Shown here in pieces: positions 32,997 to 45,051 of a stretch of 64,000 nucleotides of DNA. Numbering within the stretch: position 1 is the stretch's first letter; the number at the start of each line of letters is the position of its first letter. A model generated the notes under the pieces. It was not told the origin of the DNA, ran no database searches, and saw nothing but the letters and a program-made list of their open reading frames with translations. The DNA comes from Yuukianura sp. NJ FZ-2021 (taxonomy: Eukaryota), in assembly GCA_046563655.1 (NCBI GenBank), contig CM102287.1:930001-994000 (forward strand), in the 5' to 3' direction. The position numbers were made by a program, and so were the translations under genes.

Positions 32997-35900
32997 ACCT
33001 ATTGCCAGATCATCTGAATTTGGATGGGTGATTTTGGGACCAGTGAATATTCAAACGAACGCCAACCATGTCCAATCATCGGTTTCGTCAATCTGTGTTC
33101 ATTCAGCTCACGTGGGACTGGATGAAACTCTTCAAAGATTCTGGGAGCTGGAAGCTGTGTCGACACACCCAGTCCTAACTGAAGAAGAGGCTCAAGCGGA
33201 AGAACACTTCCGGAACAATCACTCTCGTCTTGAAGATGGAAGGTATGTCATTCCCTTGCCATTCAACAATCGCATTTCAGAACTGGGTCACTCTCGACAC
33301 GCTGCTGAGAGTCGACTCTACCAAGTGGAAAGAAGGCTGAACAAGGATGCCTTAAGGAGGAAACAGTACAATGAGTTCATGCATGAGTACGTAGCATTGG
33401 GACACATGGAAGAGGCTCCAATTCATACTGAAACTGAGTCGTCGCCAGTCACCACTTACTACTTGCCTCATCACTTTGTGCTGAAGGATGATAGCGCGAC
33501 GACCAAACTCCGTGTAGTCTTTGATGGGTCGTCCCAGTCTACTTCAGGCGTAAGTCTAAACAAGTGTCTGCTGGTTGGACCCACTGTTCAACCAGACCTT
33601 TTTACTCATCTTTTGAGGTTTCGCCAATTTTCGGTTGCCATTAAGGCCGACATCGCAAAGATGTATCGGAAGTTTTTAGTCTCTCCACAGGACATGGACT
33701 TCCAGCGGATCCTGTGGCGACACAGCCCTGACACTCCAATCAAAGAGTACAGGCTGAGAACAGTGACCTACGGCACTTCTGCTCCTTTCTCTGCCACCAG
33801 GGCTCTGAGTCAACTCAGCGAAGATGGGAAGGAGACATTTCCAATCGGTTCTGAAATTCTGAGGAACAATTTCTATGTGGACGATCTCATGAACAGTGTG
33901 GACTCAGCCGAGTCAGCCATCACAATTTACAAAGAGTTGGATGAGCTACTTGGGTCGTCCCAATTAGAGCTCCGTCAGTGGGATTCTAATTGCAAAGAGC
34001 TTCTAAACGTCATTGGTGAGTCTAAGGTCAAAGGTAAAAAGACTCATGATCTAACTAAATGTGAAGTGTCTAAGGCTTTGGGAGTCCAATGGGACTCTGA
34101 CCTTGACATTCTTTCTTTCCCGAGTCACAAGTTTCAGGTACCCTACGTCACGAGGAAGTCAGTCTTGAGTGAAGCGGCACGAATCTTTGACCCGCTCGGG
34201 CTACTGGCTCCTTTCACGGTTCGGCTTAAGATATTCTTCCAACAACTCTGGTCTCCATGCGAAGGAACCGGAAGGAGGTTATCTTGGGACGACCCAATTC
34301 CAGAGACTCTGTTCCACCATTGGGAGGAGTACCGTAAGGGTATAGCTAAATTGAATTCAGTTTCACTTCCTAGGTGCCTGTCTCCAGCAGGATTTACACA
34401 TCAAGAGCTTCATACGTTCTCAGACGCCTCAGAGAAAGCATACGCGGCAGTAGTCTACCTACGAAGCTTTCTTCCCTCTGGAGTCGTCTCCATCCGACTG
34501 GTCGCTGCCAAGACCAAAGTAGCTCCGTTGAAGGCAACGAGTCTTCCACGTCTTGAGCTTTGCGGAGCGCATCTCGCCTCCAAACTCTTCACTTCTGTCG
34601 TCGAGGCACTTAACTTGAAGTGTCCAGTCCATTTCTGGACTGACAGCGAGATCACGCTCACGTGGATCTCCTCCACCTCACGACGCTGGACAACATTTGT
34701 GGCCAACAGAGTGGCTCAGATTCAGGAATTGACGCCCGTTGGCTCATGGCATTTCATTCCAGGGCATCTCAACCCAGCCGACTGTGCCTCCAGAGGCATC
34801 CAAATCGAGGATTTGGTCGACCAAGAGCTGTGGTGGGACGTCCCAATTCTACAGAGTTCTGAATTTCCTAAGTTTGAAGGATCTAAGCCTATTTTCGATT
34901 CAGAACAATTGGAAGAGAGAAAAGTCAAAATTACCATGTCTAATTTTCTTTTTGATTCTGTGTTTCAGCGTTTTTCAATTTTGGATCCTTCTCAAGTCGA
35001 GTCGACTCAGTTCAACCCATTTGCGGATTCCTTCGGTCTCATTCGCGTCGGAGGAAGAATCATGCGTGCAGAAGTTCCACACGAACAAAAGCACCAAATC
35101 ATTTTGACTGCCTCATCTCACTTAACGCTGCTGATTGTGAGACACTTCCACCGAAAGCATCATCATGCTGGGAGTCGACTCCTTCAGGCACTCATCAATC
35201 GCGAGTTTTGGATTCTACGAGGAAAGAATCTCATCAAATCGGTCGTCCGGTCATGCCTCGTCTGTCGTCGATGGAGAGGCAAAGTAGCGGAGCAGATGAT
35301 GGGCAACTTGCCCGCTCCGAGGGTCAACCCTTCCCCTCCATTCACAAACACGGGGGTGGACTACGCAGGGCCATTCAGCCTAAAAACAATTAAAGGGCGA
35401 GGAGGTAAAATATTTAAAGGATACTTATGTGTTTTTGTCTGTTTTGCAGTTAAAGCTGTCCACTTGGAAGTTGTGTCGTCACAAGACACCGACTCATTCA
35501 TCGCCACATTTAAGAGATTCATATCTCGACGTGGAGTACCATTGAACATGTACTCAGATTGCGGAAGCAATTTTGTGGGAGCATCTAAAGAGCTCAAAGA
35601 GTATGTGGCTGGGTCGACCCAAAGCCCTTCGTTTTTGTCTTTTATTTCAGGAGAAGGGATAACTTGGCACTTTAACTCGCCAGCAGCACCTCACCATGGA
35701 GGACTCTGGGAATCTGCAGTAAGACAGGCAAAATTCCATTTGCATCGGGTCGTGGGAAGTACAACCCTGACCATTGAGGAATTCTACACTATCTCCAGTC
35801 AAGTCGAAGCAGCCCTAAACTCGAGACCATTGACCCCAATGAGCGACAATCCAGAGGACTTTGACATTCTCACTCCTGGTCACTTCCTACTGGGTCGTCC

Positions 35901-36294
35901 CATTCTGGCTTTACCTCAACCGGACTACACACCAATACAAGAGAACCGTTTGTCACGCTGGCAACGCACAGAGAAGATGTTCCAGGATTTTTGGAATCGG
36001 TGGAGCACGGAGTACCTCACCACATTGCAAGGACGTGGGAAGTGGAGATCTCTACACAAGGACATTGCCGTTGGAGATCTTGTGGCCATCAAGGACCCCA
36101 ATTTGCCACCAATGAAGTGGAAACTTGGACGTGTTTCATCAGTCTCCCCAGGAGCAGACGGCAAAGTCAGAGTCGTCTCTGTGAAAACGGCCACAGGGGA
36201 ATTTACTAGACCAATTGTCAAGTTAGTCCCGCTACTGGAAAATGATCAACTGGATCCCCCCATTACAACGTCAACTTTTTCGTCCAAGTCGTAA
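32975..36294 (+). pseudogene. pol: BEL/Pao Pol (RT-RNase H-integrase), protease core deleted
   Basis: YLPHH, KLRVVFDGS, DIAKMY, FYVDD, FSDAS, PRLELCGA, NPADCASRG, GVDYAGP, SDCGSNF, GGLWESAV; no DSG motif remains. Confidence 0.9.
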
Positions 36295-37674
36295 TTTACA
36301 ACAATTTTAACTTTACCATTAGGTTTACAATTAGTTTTACAACTAGTTTTGCAGATAAGTTTTATTCATTGATTCATTACTCTTCTAGGTTATTCAAGTA
36401 CAAGCCCTATGCTTCGTACTTGAGTCGACTCAGATCATTCAACGCCTCACTCATTTTCTTTTTATTTCAGATTCCTATACTGGATGAAGCGATTGTTTTG
36501 AGCACTCAGTAGCATCAACAGGAGGTCTAGCAAATTGGGATAACCCTTAGTTTTGACGGGGAGTAGGTCACGGTTCGCCCTGCCTCATAGTCCATCCGAC
36601 CTGTTGACTGCTGCTGGTGTGTTTCAAAATTCAGTCTTGTACTAGAGTTCTTTTGTAGAAGTCTCTCTGAAAACTTCAATTGTAACTTGGTCCGTCGATC
36701 TCTCAAATAGAGTCGACTCTTTCTTTCAATCAGTAAATAAAGTTAATTAAGTAGAAGCATTGGAGGTCAACTTGGAATATTGGTCATTGGTCAGTTCGGG
36801 GTAGCACACAGGGTCGTCCCTTCGTTTCTGCAGTGTCAACCGGGTTCTTTCAATCCATTTTACTTAGATTAGACTTTAATTGCTCATTTTCATTCAAAAT
36901 AAGATACAGTCGGATTCATCCACCAAGCTACAACTTTACAAAAAATATTTAAAAAAAGAGGCGTGCCTAAGCAGTTGCAGTGCGATCAGGGATCTGAGTT
37001 TATTAATAAGAATGTCAAAACTATGCTTAAAAAAGTAGGAGTAAACTTGTTTAATACCCGTTCTGAACTTAAAGCTGTAATAGTTGAACGGTTTAACAGA
37101 ACTCTCATGAATAGGATTGCAAAGTACATGACTCATTCAAATAGTACAAAATACACTCATGTTTTGCAAAATCTTGTTGAGGCTTATAACAATTCCTACC
37201 ATTCCTCAATAAAAATGACTCCAAATCAAGTCAACAACGAAACAAAAACTCAAGTTTTCTTAAATTTGTACTCAAAATATACATCTAGACTCAAATTTCC
37301 AAAGTCAAAACTGCTTCACGTTGGTGATAAAGTACTTATCAGTAAAGTTAAATCCACTTTTGCTAAAGGCTACGCCCAGTCTTGGAAAAATGAAATTTTT
37401 ACAATTTCAAATATTTATAATACAAATCCAATCACCTTTCAAATCCAAGACCAAAAGGGGGTTTCAATTTTTGGAATATTTTACAGGGAAAAACTTTTAA
37501 AAGTTTCACCATTTCTAGCTTGAACTTGATCGAGGAATGAGCTCTTGTAGTTTTTGTTCTATTTGGCAAACATTATCCAATTTTTTCTTCAAAAGAAATA
37601 ATACAACTACGATAACCGTGTGTAAAACTTTTTCCTGCAATTGTAACTTAAATAAACTTGGAAGGCAACGTACT

Positions 37675-38092
37675 ATGGACAAACCAGCTACTTCTCCAAC
37701 TACTTCTACATTTGCTACCGAAATGGATACATATATTAACACTGTCATCCACCCAACTCCTCAACCTACAACTGAGCCTGAATCTGAGCAAACTTGTCGC
37801 AGAACTGGAGGTGGAAAAAATTAGACGGCAATCTACACCTAATCAACGTGCAAAGAAGGTTACATCCCTTTCTATGGTCGTTGAAGTCCGGAAAGAATTT
37901 CCTAAACCATTTCCTCCACCTCAAATTAACTTGGAAGACGGTTGGCAACTTTTTTTTGGAAATGAAAACGGATTTTCTGGAACAACACACTTGCACATTA
38001 AGAATCAATTTGATCAAAGTGTCGGAGTCGCTTTGCCCGTTGAGTTATACGACTGTTTGATGGAAGGACTTTTGAAACTCAAAAGATTGTAA
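37675..38092 (+). CDS. Polinton small hypothetical protein(s), possibly PC4-like, probably frameshifted
   Basis: Overlapping ORFs 37537-37824 and 37658-38092 between integrase and ATPase; the C-terminal pattern resembles the PC4 fold only loosely. Confidence 0.35.
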
Positions 38093-38108
38093 CTGTAAGC
38101 TTTTATTA

Positions 38109-38753
38109 TTATCTCTTCATATATACTATACAAGAGGATGAGTCTGGAAACACATTTGATCTAAAACGAAAATTGTCATCCTGATTTTGAGATAAATCAA
38201 TAAACAAATAACTATTGGGCTTGTTTTTTGTTGCGTCTTCATATGCTTCTTCCAACAACCCGTTTGACTTTCCGCCATTCATTTGCCTTGCCAAGTATTT
38301 TATAATTGTTGTATCCCTGGGATTTCGAAACAAAACTACATATTTACTATTTAAAGTTAGGTTTCTACATCCCTTATAAAAAAAATTTTGCACTGTTATA
38401 ATTAAACTAAGAGAGCGATGATGAGAGCCTCTGGTGGCCATGGCACAGACTTCTTTCGAGTTGGCAATAACCTCCATGAAGTCATCTAAAATCACCATTG
38501 TTTCCACTTGATTTCCTTCTGCCACATCCAAATTCTCCATCCCTTGCTTAAATTCAACTTTATGATGTAATCTCAATGTCTCCGCAAAACTAGGCTCATC
38601 CTCACTGTAGCAATAAATAATACGCCTAATTTTTGGTTCAATTACTTCATCTCTCCTTTCAATCAATTGTCTAATCAGTGTACTCTTTCCACTTTGTGTA
38701 GGTCCACTCAACACCATCACAAACGGATGAATCAATTCAGGCCTGAACTCCAT
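38109..38753 (-). CDS. A32/FtsK-like DNA packaging ATPase
   Basis: HPF..LSGPTQSGKS (Walker A), VILDDFM (Walker B), GSHH, TVQN, LNSKY..LFRNPRD. Confidence 0.92.
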   Translation of the reverse strand: MEFRPELIHPFVMVLSGPTQSGKSTLIRQLIERRDEVIEPKIRRIIYCYSEDEPSFAETLRLHHKVEFKQGMENLDVAEGNQVETMVILDDFMEVIANSKEVCAMATRGSHHRSLSLIITVQNFFYKGCRNLTLNSKYVVLFRNPRDTTIIKYLARQMNGGKSNGLLEEAYEDATKNKPNSYLFIDLSQNQDDNFRFRSNVFPDSSSCIVYMKR

Positions 38754-38839
38754 CCTATCCGAACTTCTGTACGCAAATGAAGTGAAACATATTCAAAACA
38801 TGATTTATTAAATTTTTATTAAACTGGTTTTTTTTCCTT

Positions 38840-40686
38840 CTACACAACACTATCTTGAAACTCTTTAATCTTATAATGTCCAAATCTAAGGGATTCAATT
38901 GGTGTCAAATAAAAGGCCTTGTCATCTACCGCAGACAAGCTCTGCTTTTTCATTGTTGTTGTGTACAGTTTGTGATTTAAACTACGAATAGTATTCATTG
39001 ATACAAATCTACAGCTACCTTCCTCTAATACATCTTTATAATCTTTGAAGCTTAACTGAGACTCCAGCACTGCAGTCACAGTACCTTTTGCTTTTTTAAT
39101 TTCTCTCTCCTCTCCGTCACGTGTCACCAGCTTCAAAGAATATAGTTTTGGTTTTAGAGCCACAACTTCAGAAATTATGCACTCTGGACTCTCATCTTTG
39201 TAGTATCCCCCTTCTCCAGCATGCTTGTCACTGTACAAGTGTCCTAGTAGCTTATCACTTTTCTTAAAATTTGACGTATCAAATAGCCCTTCGTCTTGCC
39301 TTACACTAGCATAAATATCTGCATAAACATCTTCTGTCTTAATATATAACATAAAACTATCAGTATCTGTAAATATTAGACGCATATTACTACCATAACG
39401 TGGTTTCAGTTTCTTATAGTATACTTCATACATTTGTTTTTTACTATCGTCTAACACAGTAAGCCCTACAAATATTGGCTTATTTAAACACACAGACAAC
39501 TTTTTCATTTGAAATAGAACACAGTCATCATGTATTATTCTAATATCTTCTACTGTAGGCTTTTTACCATACTCCAAAATCTTCTCTTTTGATAGGGCAA
39601 CATTAATTCGCTTATATTTTCTAACATTTTGAAAGGTTTTTCCAACTAAAATGTTTCCCAAAGCTTTGTAGGCTTTCTTGTCTACTTCATTTGTTGACCC
39701 TTGGCGCCTTTTTATACACAACTCACAGTATACACGGAACAATGGTGCTTGTCTGAACCTCAAAGCACAGTGTACTTTTGTCAACTTCAAACCAAGTTCT
39801 AAAAAAAGTTTTAGTAATCTGTAGTGTACAACATAATTCTTTTTATCTTCTAAACTTCCCACCAACTTTGTCTTTTTTTGAGTTGAAGACTTCGCTCCTG
39901 CGTTATACATAACATGATGTGTGTAGGATGACAAATCTGAAAACTGAATAGATCGCCGCTCAACTGCAAGTGGGTAATCGTTGTGCAAATCATGCAGCTC
40001 CTTTGGATACGTCAAATCTACTTCCAAAATTAAACCTTCTTCCGCTTCGTCGTCCATACCCCGAATCATCTTTATGACATCGTCCAGCTTCACTGTCCTT
40101 TGCCACAAGCATAAATCCCACCGGAAGTCTTTCCATGGTACAAAATTTCGAAGTTGGTGGGCGTACAGCACGTTTGCATCCCACAAACATAAATAACTTG
40201 TTGGTAGCGTAGGGTCATAGGATGAACCTAAGAATTTGTTGTTTGCTTTTGCATAGCGCAAGCCAACGCTACAAATACCACCCCTAATTCCTCTCTCAAT
40301 AAACGTATATTGATCCAAATCTTGCAAATATTCAAAACCAACACTGCCACATAGTATAGCAGCATCATATGCTATACCAGGCAAAGTGTAATAGTGAGCA
40401 GGGTCTAAACGGAAATCTGCTAAAAATCTTTGCCTAAAGTTTTGAAAACAGTCAGCAAGAAGTGTGACATCTAGAGATACGTATAGGTTGTGGTAATCCC
40501 TCAAAGTTTTACAACCAAATTCTTTCCAAACACGTTGTGCATGTTCAAAGTCTTCATCACTAATTCCTTTCCCTGTTAAGTCACTCACCCAAAGACATTT
40601 CGGCGGTAAACTTGTCTCATCAAACTTTTCAAAATTGTCAAAATATGTATAAGGATACACTCCTTTTCGAAACAACATATTAATAT
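38840..40686 (-). pseudogene. polB: Polinton pPolB copy 2, 5'-truncated, catalytic motifs intact
   Basis: KGVYPY, RGIRGG, WDANVLY, KALGNILVGK, FTDTDS, KPKLYS, KKAKG; the apparent start MSNKC derives from the adjoining LTR fragment. Confidence 0.92.
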
Positions 40687-40760
40687 TTTTACACTTGTTG
40701 GACATGTAAAGTCATGCCATAAGCGAGTGACTTTAATTCAAATTGACGAGATGTCAATTT
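40687..40760 (+). repeat. 74-bp fragment of the MMP-Gypsy LTR
   Basis: Matches 13532-13605 with one mismatch. Confidence 0.9.
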
Positions 40761-41819
40761 ATAATAAATAATAGCTTCGCTATTATTTTAATATAATAAA
40801 TGATTGGCTTCACATGTTGACGTAATATCACGTTGAACTTAATGGACGTGGTCGCTGAAGTTTGGAGCGTCTGAGATTGGACAGCGAAGAAGCATAATTG
40901 TCTAATAGGATCCCTCCCGAGTAATTGTCGCCTTATAACCGAGTAAAGATCCATTGGCCACTCTCATCCTTGCGGTACCACCGTGGACCATTGTCTCGAA
41001 AAACAGTTATTTCTGGAAATGGGTGCTCCAGGATGTGCCTCAGAGTGCTCTTTATCTAAAGTAAACAGAGAAGTCACACATCAGCGTATGGAAGTATTTA
41101 TGGAATTGGATGAATGTCAGTGGAATCAGCGTAAAACACTTACACAATCTACGACATGCGGTGGTTCCACTTGAGGCGAGGAAGAGAGGTGCTGAAGGAT
41201 AAATTCGTCTGACTGCTGGAGCAGAATTGGTGCGCATCGCATAGGCTCGTAGTGGAATGGACCAATACGAAGCAAACCGAGTCCGTAGTCGTAAACTTCA
41301 AGCAACTGAAACAAAAAGTCATGCCAGATAGGTAAAGGCAAAGTCCAATGAAGAGATGAGTATTTGTTTGTCTGTTTTTGAGTGCAAAATTTACAGCGTG
41401 TGATCCAGTAAACAGTCGAGCACCACGCAACGGAATGTCGGGACCCCTATCTGGAAATGTCGCTGGGAAAATGTCTCCAGTCCTAAGATTGACACCTGAA
41501 ATCAAAAAATTAACAAAGCAAACTCATTTCTTTAAACTGAATAGTATGAAATGTCGCTAGTTAGGCTTTTCGTTCTTACCGAGGCCGTGCACAACAGGCC
41601 AAGGAATGGAAGCTCGAATTGTTGTATTTACATCACCGATACACGCAGAAACGAGATTGATTTTTGTGCTGAGTTTCTGGATGCAATCTGTGTAGAAGCA
41701 CAATTGATCAATCATTATTCTAAACCTTAACGGAACCTTATAAACAGGCACTTTTGTTAGTTGGCCACGTTAGAGGTTAGTTTATTATTAGGTCATACAC
41801 TAGTACTCACGGAGAAAGG

Positions 41820-43166
41820 CACAGTATAAAATTTTCGAAAATTTTGAGTCAAAAATTTTTTGATTCGTTTTTTTGCGGAAACCTAGTGATTATACCTAGT
41901 ACTAATAGGAAATCCCGAAAAAAATTCACCTCGGGTCGTTTTAACCCGAAAAATCCGAAAAAACCGAAATTCGGGTATTTTGCACTTCCGGTTACTTTTC
42001 CTTGGATTTATCAATTTGTATCATTAGATCGCTATAAAAAAGCGTTAAGTTTTAAATTTCAGGTCAATATGTCAAAAGATGGCGGAGTTACACCGCTTCA
42101 ACTGAATTTCGGGGCCAACTTTGACACCTTCTCCCGGGTAAACCGAAAGCCAAAGCGATGAACCCAAGGTGTCGTTGGAAACCTATAACCCTTGCCTACA
42201 AATTATCTCTTATGACTTTTTCGATCCGGATGGTGCGATTTGAGATATTTCGATTTGAAGTGACCTCTCCGGAAATGGCGAGCGATGAGGGGAGAACATG
42301 GTCAAAACACGTATAGACCAAATTAGAAAGAAAATCGTTTATTAATCATAACAAAACAACAAGCAAGCATGCCAGTGGATTTTTGCGACAATAACAAGTC
42401 GTTAAAACAATAATCCATTTTTCACTATAAATGCGTTAATATGTGGGCACACGGTTGTGAAACCTTTTCATTACTCGATGTTTACCGAGCATAGTCAGGA
42501 ATGTTTGTTATTACTATGTGTTAATGCTTTAGTTAGGAAGTTCAGCAGGCTTTGGCTGCATTCCTATTGAAAAAAAATGGTTATTGTTTTAACGATTTGT
42601 TATTGTCGCAAAAATCCACTAGCATGCTTGCTTGTTGTTTTGTTATGATTAATATACCCATTTCTATCTCATTTGGTCTATGCGTGTTTTGACCATGTTC
42701 TCCCCTCATAGCTCGCCATTTCCGGAGAGGTCACTTCAAATCGAAATATCTCAAATCGCACCATCCGGATCGAAAAAGTCATAAGAGATAATTTGTAGGC
42801 AAGGGTAATAGGTTTCCAACGACACCTTGGGTTCATCGCTTAGGCTTTCGGTTTACCCGGGAGAAGGTGTCAAAGTTGGCCCCGAAATTCGGTTGAAGCG
42901 GTGTAACTCCGCCATCTTTTGACATATTGACCTGAAATTTAAAACTTAACGCTTTTTTATAGCGATCTAATGATACAAATTAATAAATCCAAGGAAAAGT
43001 AACCGGAAGTGCAAAATACCCAAATTTCGGTTTTTTCGGGTTAAAACCGCCCGAGGTGAATTTTTTTCGGTATTTCCTATTAGTACTAGGTATAATCAAT
43101 AGGTTTCCGCAAAAAAAACGAATCAAAAAAATTTTGACTCAAAATTTTCGAAAATTTTATACTGTG
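41820..43166. mobile_element. Transib-like foldback MITE
   Basis: CACAGT...ACTGTG termini, ~600-bp TIRs, 5-bp TSD AAAGG. Confidence 0.88.
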
Positions 43167-44386
43167 AAAGGCAAAGACAAGTTCATGGCTGTAGCCTTGA
43201 AAGTCATTGAACGAACCCACCAAATGCATTTGGAGGACGACGTCCTCGTAGTACGTTGAACTGGTATCCTGTAATCTGGAAAAATGGACAAGTCGAAACA
43301 AATTAATTGGTCCTTCATGCGGAAGAATAGCAAAATGTTATATTATTATATAACATTTGATAGTTAATTTTTGCCAACCTCTGAATCATGGAACAAACCC
43401 CTTCGACGGAGACGGAGTCCAAATGGCCTAGGGCGAACACACCAGTACCTGCATAAAATAAGGATGAGCGTTTTACATTTTCACACAAACAGTGGCAAGT
43501 CAAAAGCGTTATGTCTGTCTCTGTTGGGCTGATGGTGCCAGCTAAGTGTCTCACCCGGATGCCGGAGAACCACTGCTAGACAAGTTGTACAGCTGTCAGT
43601 TCCAAGTATGCTAACATGCTCTAGAAATTAAAAATAATAAGAACCAGTAGTGACATAGCCGAATCGGGTAAAATTATAGTTTTCAAGCAACAGGAAGATG
43701 GAAGAGCGTACTGTCTTGTGGTGAGACGATAGCAAACTCTCTTTGGGCGACGTAAAGCAGTCCCATGGGTCCGACCATTTTGGGTGACCTGGATGCAAAC
43801 TCCACTCCTTTTTCCTTGAGGGTTGGACAAAGGTCAAAGAGAGAGCGACAGTCGACGGGAGGGTCATCCACCTCCAAACCATCCAGCAACAGCACCATCT
43901 TCTAGCCTCGTCTCGCGCAAACCTTAGTCACGGACAACTTTTGTCGGTACTGTTTTGCCGCGTTGCTAAATGAAACCGAGATGACGGTTGAAGGCACGAT
44001 GGGAACAGGATTCCACGAGTTCCAAATTAATTCTGCCACTCGTAATTCACGATTCTCTAACACAAGGTCCCCTCCGACTTCCTGGAATTCCAAAACGTAC
44101 AACCGAATTACAAAGGTACTATATTTTAGTATTCGGATATCTTTTGTTGTAGCAATGAATACATTTATGAATAGAGAAACTGAATCGTCAAGTCAGAAGT
44201 TGGTTAGAAATAGGGCAGGGGAAAATGATTGTGGAGATGGTAGTTAGGGCTTAGGGGTGTCACGATGCAGCACTTTTTCCGAATCGGCGATTCAGCGATT
44301 CAGTCTACCTCTTGAATCGCTGTGGCGATGCATCGCTGCTGGTCTTTTTCAAGTTCTGCCAAACGCTCCTTCCCTTTATCTCTTAA

Positions 44387-44745
44387 CCGTATGGGTGCCA
44401 CTGGTGTCACAATTTGTGACACACGTCGGAGTAGTGCCAAATTTTTGAAAGAAATTGTGACGTAGAAGGTGGGGGATTTTATATGTCACGGGAAATATTT
44501 TTGGCTGCACAAACGGACCCCAAACAACACCCTACACGCCTCCATATGCAGAGGCGGATTTTTTAAAATAAAAGCGTCAAAATTTTGCCATACATTCCCC
44601 CGTGTCACAATTTGTGACACCCATGGTCAACACGCGTTGTCAGCTGTGTCACAATTTGTGACAACTTTTTCTATGAAGACTAGCCTATGGTACTTTTTGT
44701 GCCTCGACTAGTAGCACCGACCGTGACAAAACCGTACCCGTACGG
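44387..44745. mobile_element. piggyBac-like MITE
   Basis: TTAA on both sides; CCGTATGGGT / ACCCGTACGG ends; internal TGTCACAATTTGTGACA palindromes. Confidence 0.75.
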
Positions 44746-45051
44746 TTAAATCAGTGGAAAGCTTTTACGCTAAAATCATCTCAACAGTTTTGGTTCATCT
44801 AACCCACACTTATTCTGCGTTAAACCTAACCAGTTTGAATACAGTTTGAGAATTAGTTATATTTTGATTTTTAGGTTCAAAACGCCAAAACAAATTCCCA
44901 AGTAAACAATTTCGCGGCCTGATTTTAATTTTTCTGCATCGCTCCTGAATCGCGCGATTCAAGCGATTCATACGTTTTAAAACGGGCGATTAGGATGCAT
45001 CGCGCGATAAGGAATAATGACTGAATCGCTAGCGATTAATCGCTAGAACGA

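Larger units (their letters stand above)
31061..36925 (+). mobile_element. BEL/Pao LTR retrotransposon with internal deletions
   Basis: 5-bp TSD AGCTA; 5' LTR 31061-31567; PBS TGGTCCTAATCGAACCAGAT; partial 3' LTR 36622-36925 near-identical to the 5' LTR. Confidence 0.93.
30667..37523 (+). pseudogene. int: Polinton retroviral-like integrase split by the BEL element (30667-31060 + 36931-37523)
   Basis: D-D-E: CIDLVD, QCDQGSEF, VERFNRTL; YNNSYHSSIKMTP; the halves rejoin in frame across TSD AGCTA. Confidence 0.92.
19090..40686. mobile_element. Polinton/Maverick (adintovirus-like) element, both ends deleted, with nested insertions
   Basis: Adenain, MCP, core protein, penton, small QxGG protein, retroviral-like integrase, A32-like ATPase and pPolB in one cluster. 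Confidence 0.92.

Noticed and set aside
8862..40705. The two polB genes as inverted repeats of one giant element
   Set aside because: They are diverged paralogs, not nucleotide-level inverted repeats; no enclosing TIRs or TSD were found.
40770..44200. Possible decayed host gene on - flanking the Transib MITE
   Set aside because: Short ORF pieces with no recognisable domain or consistent splice model.
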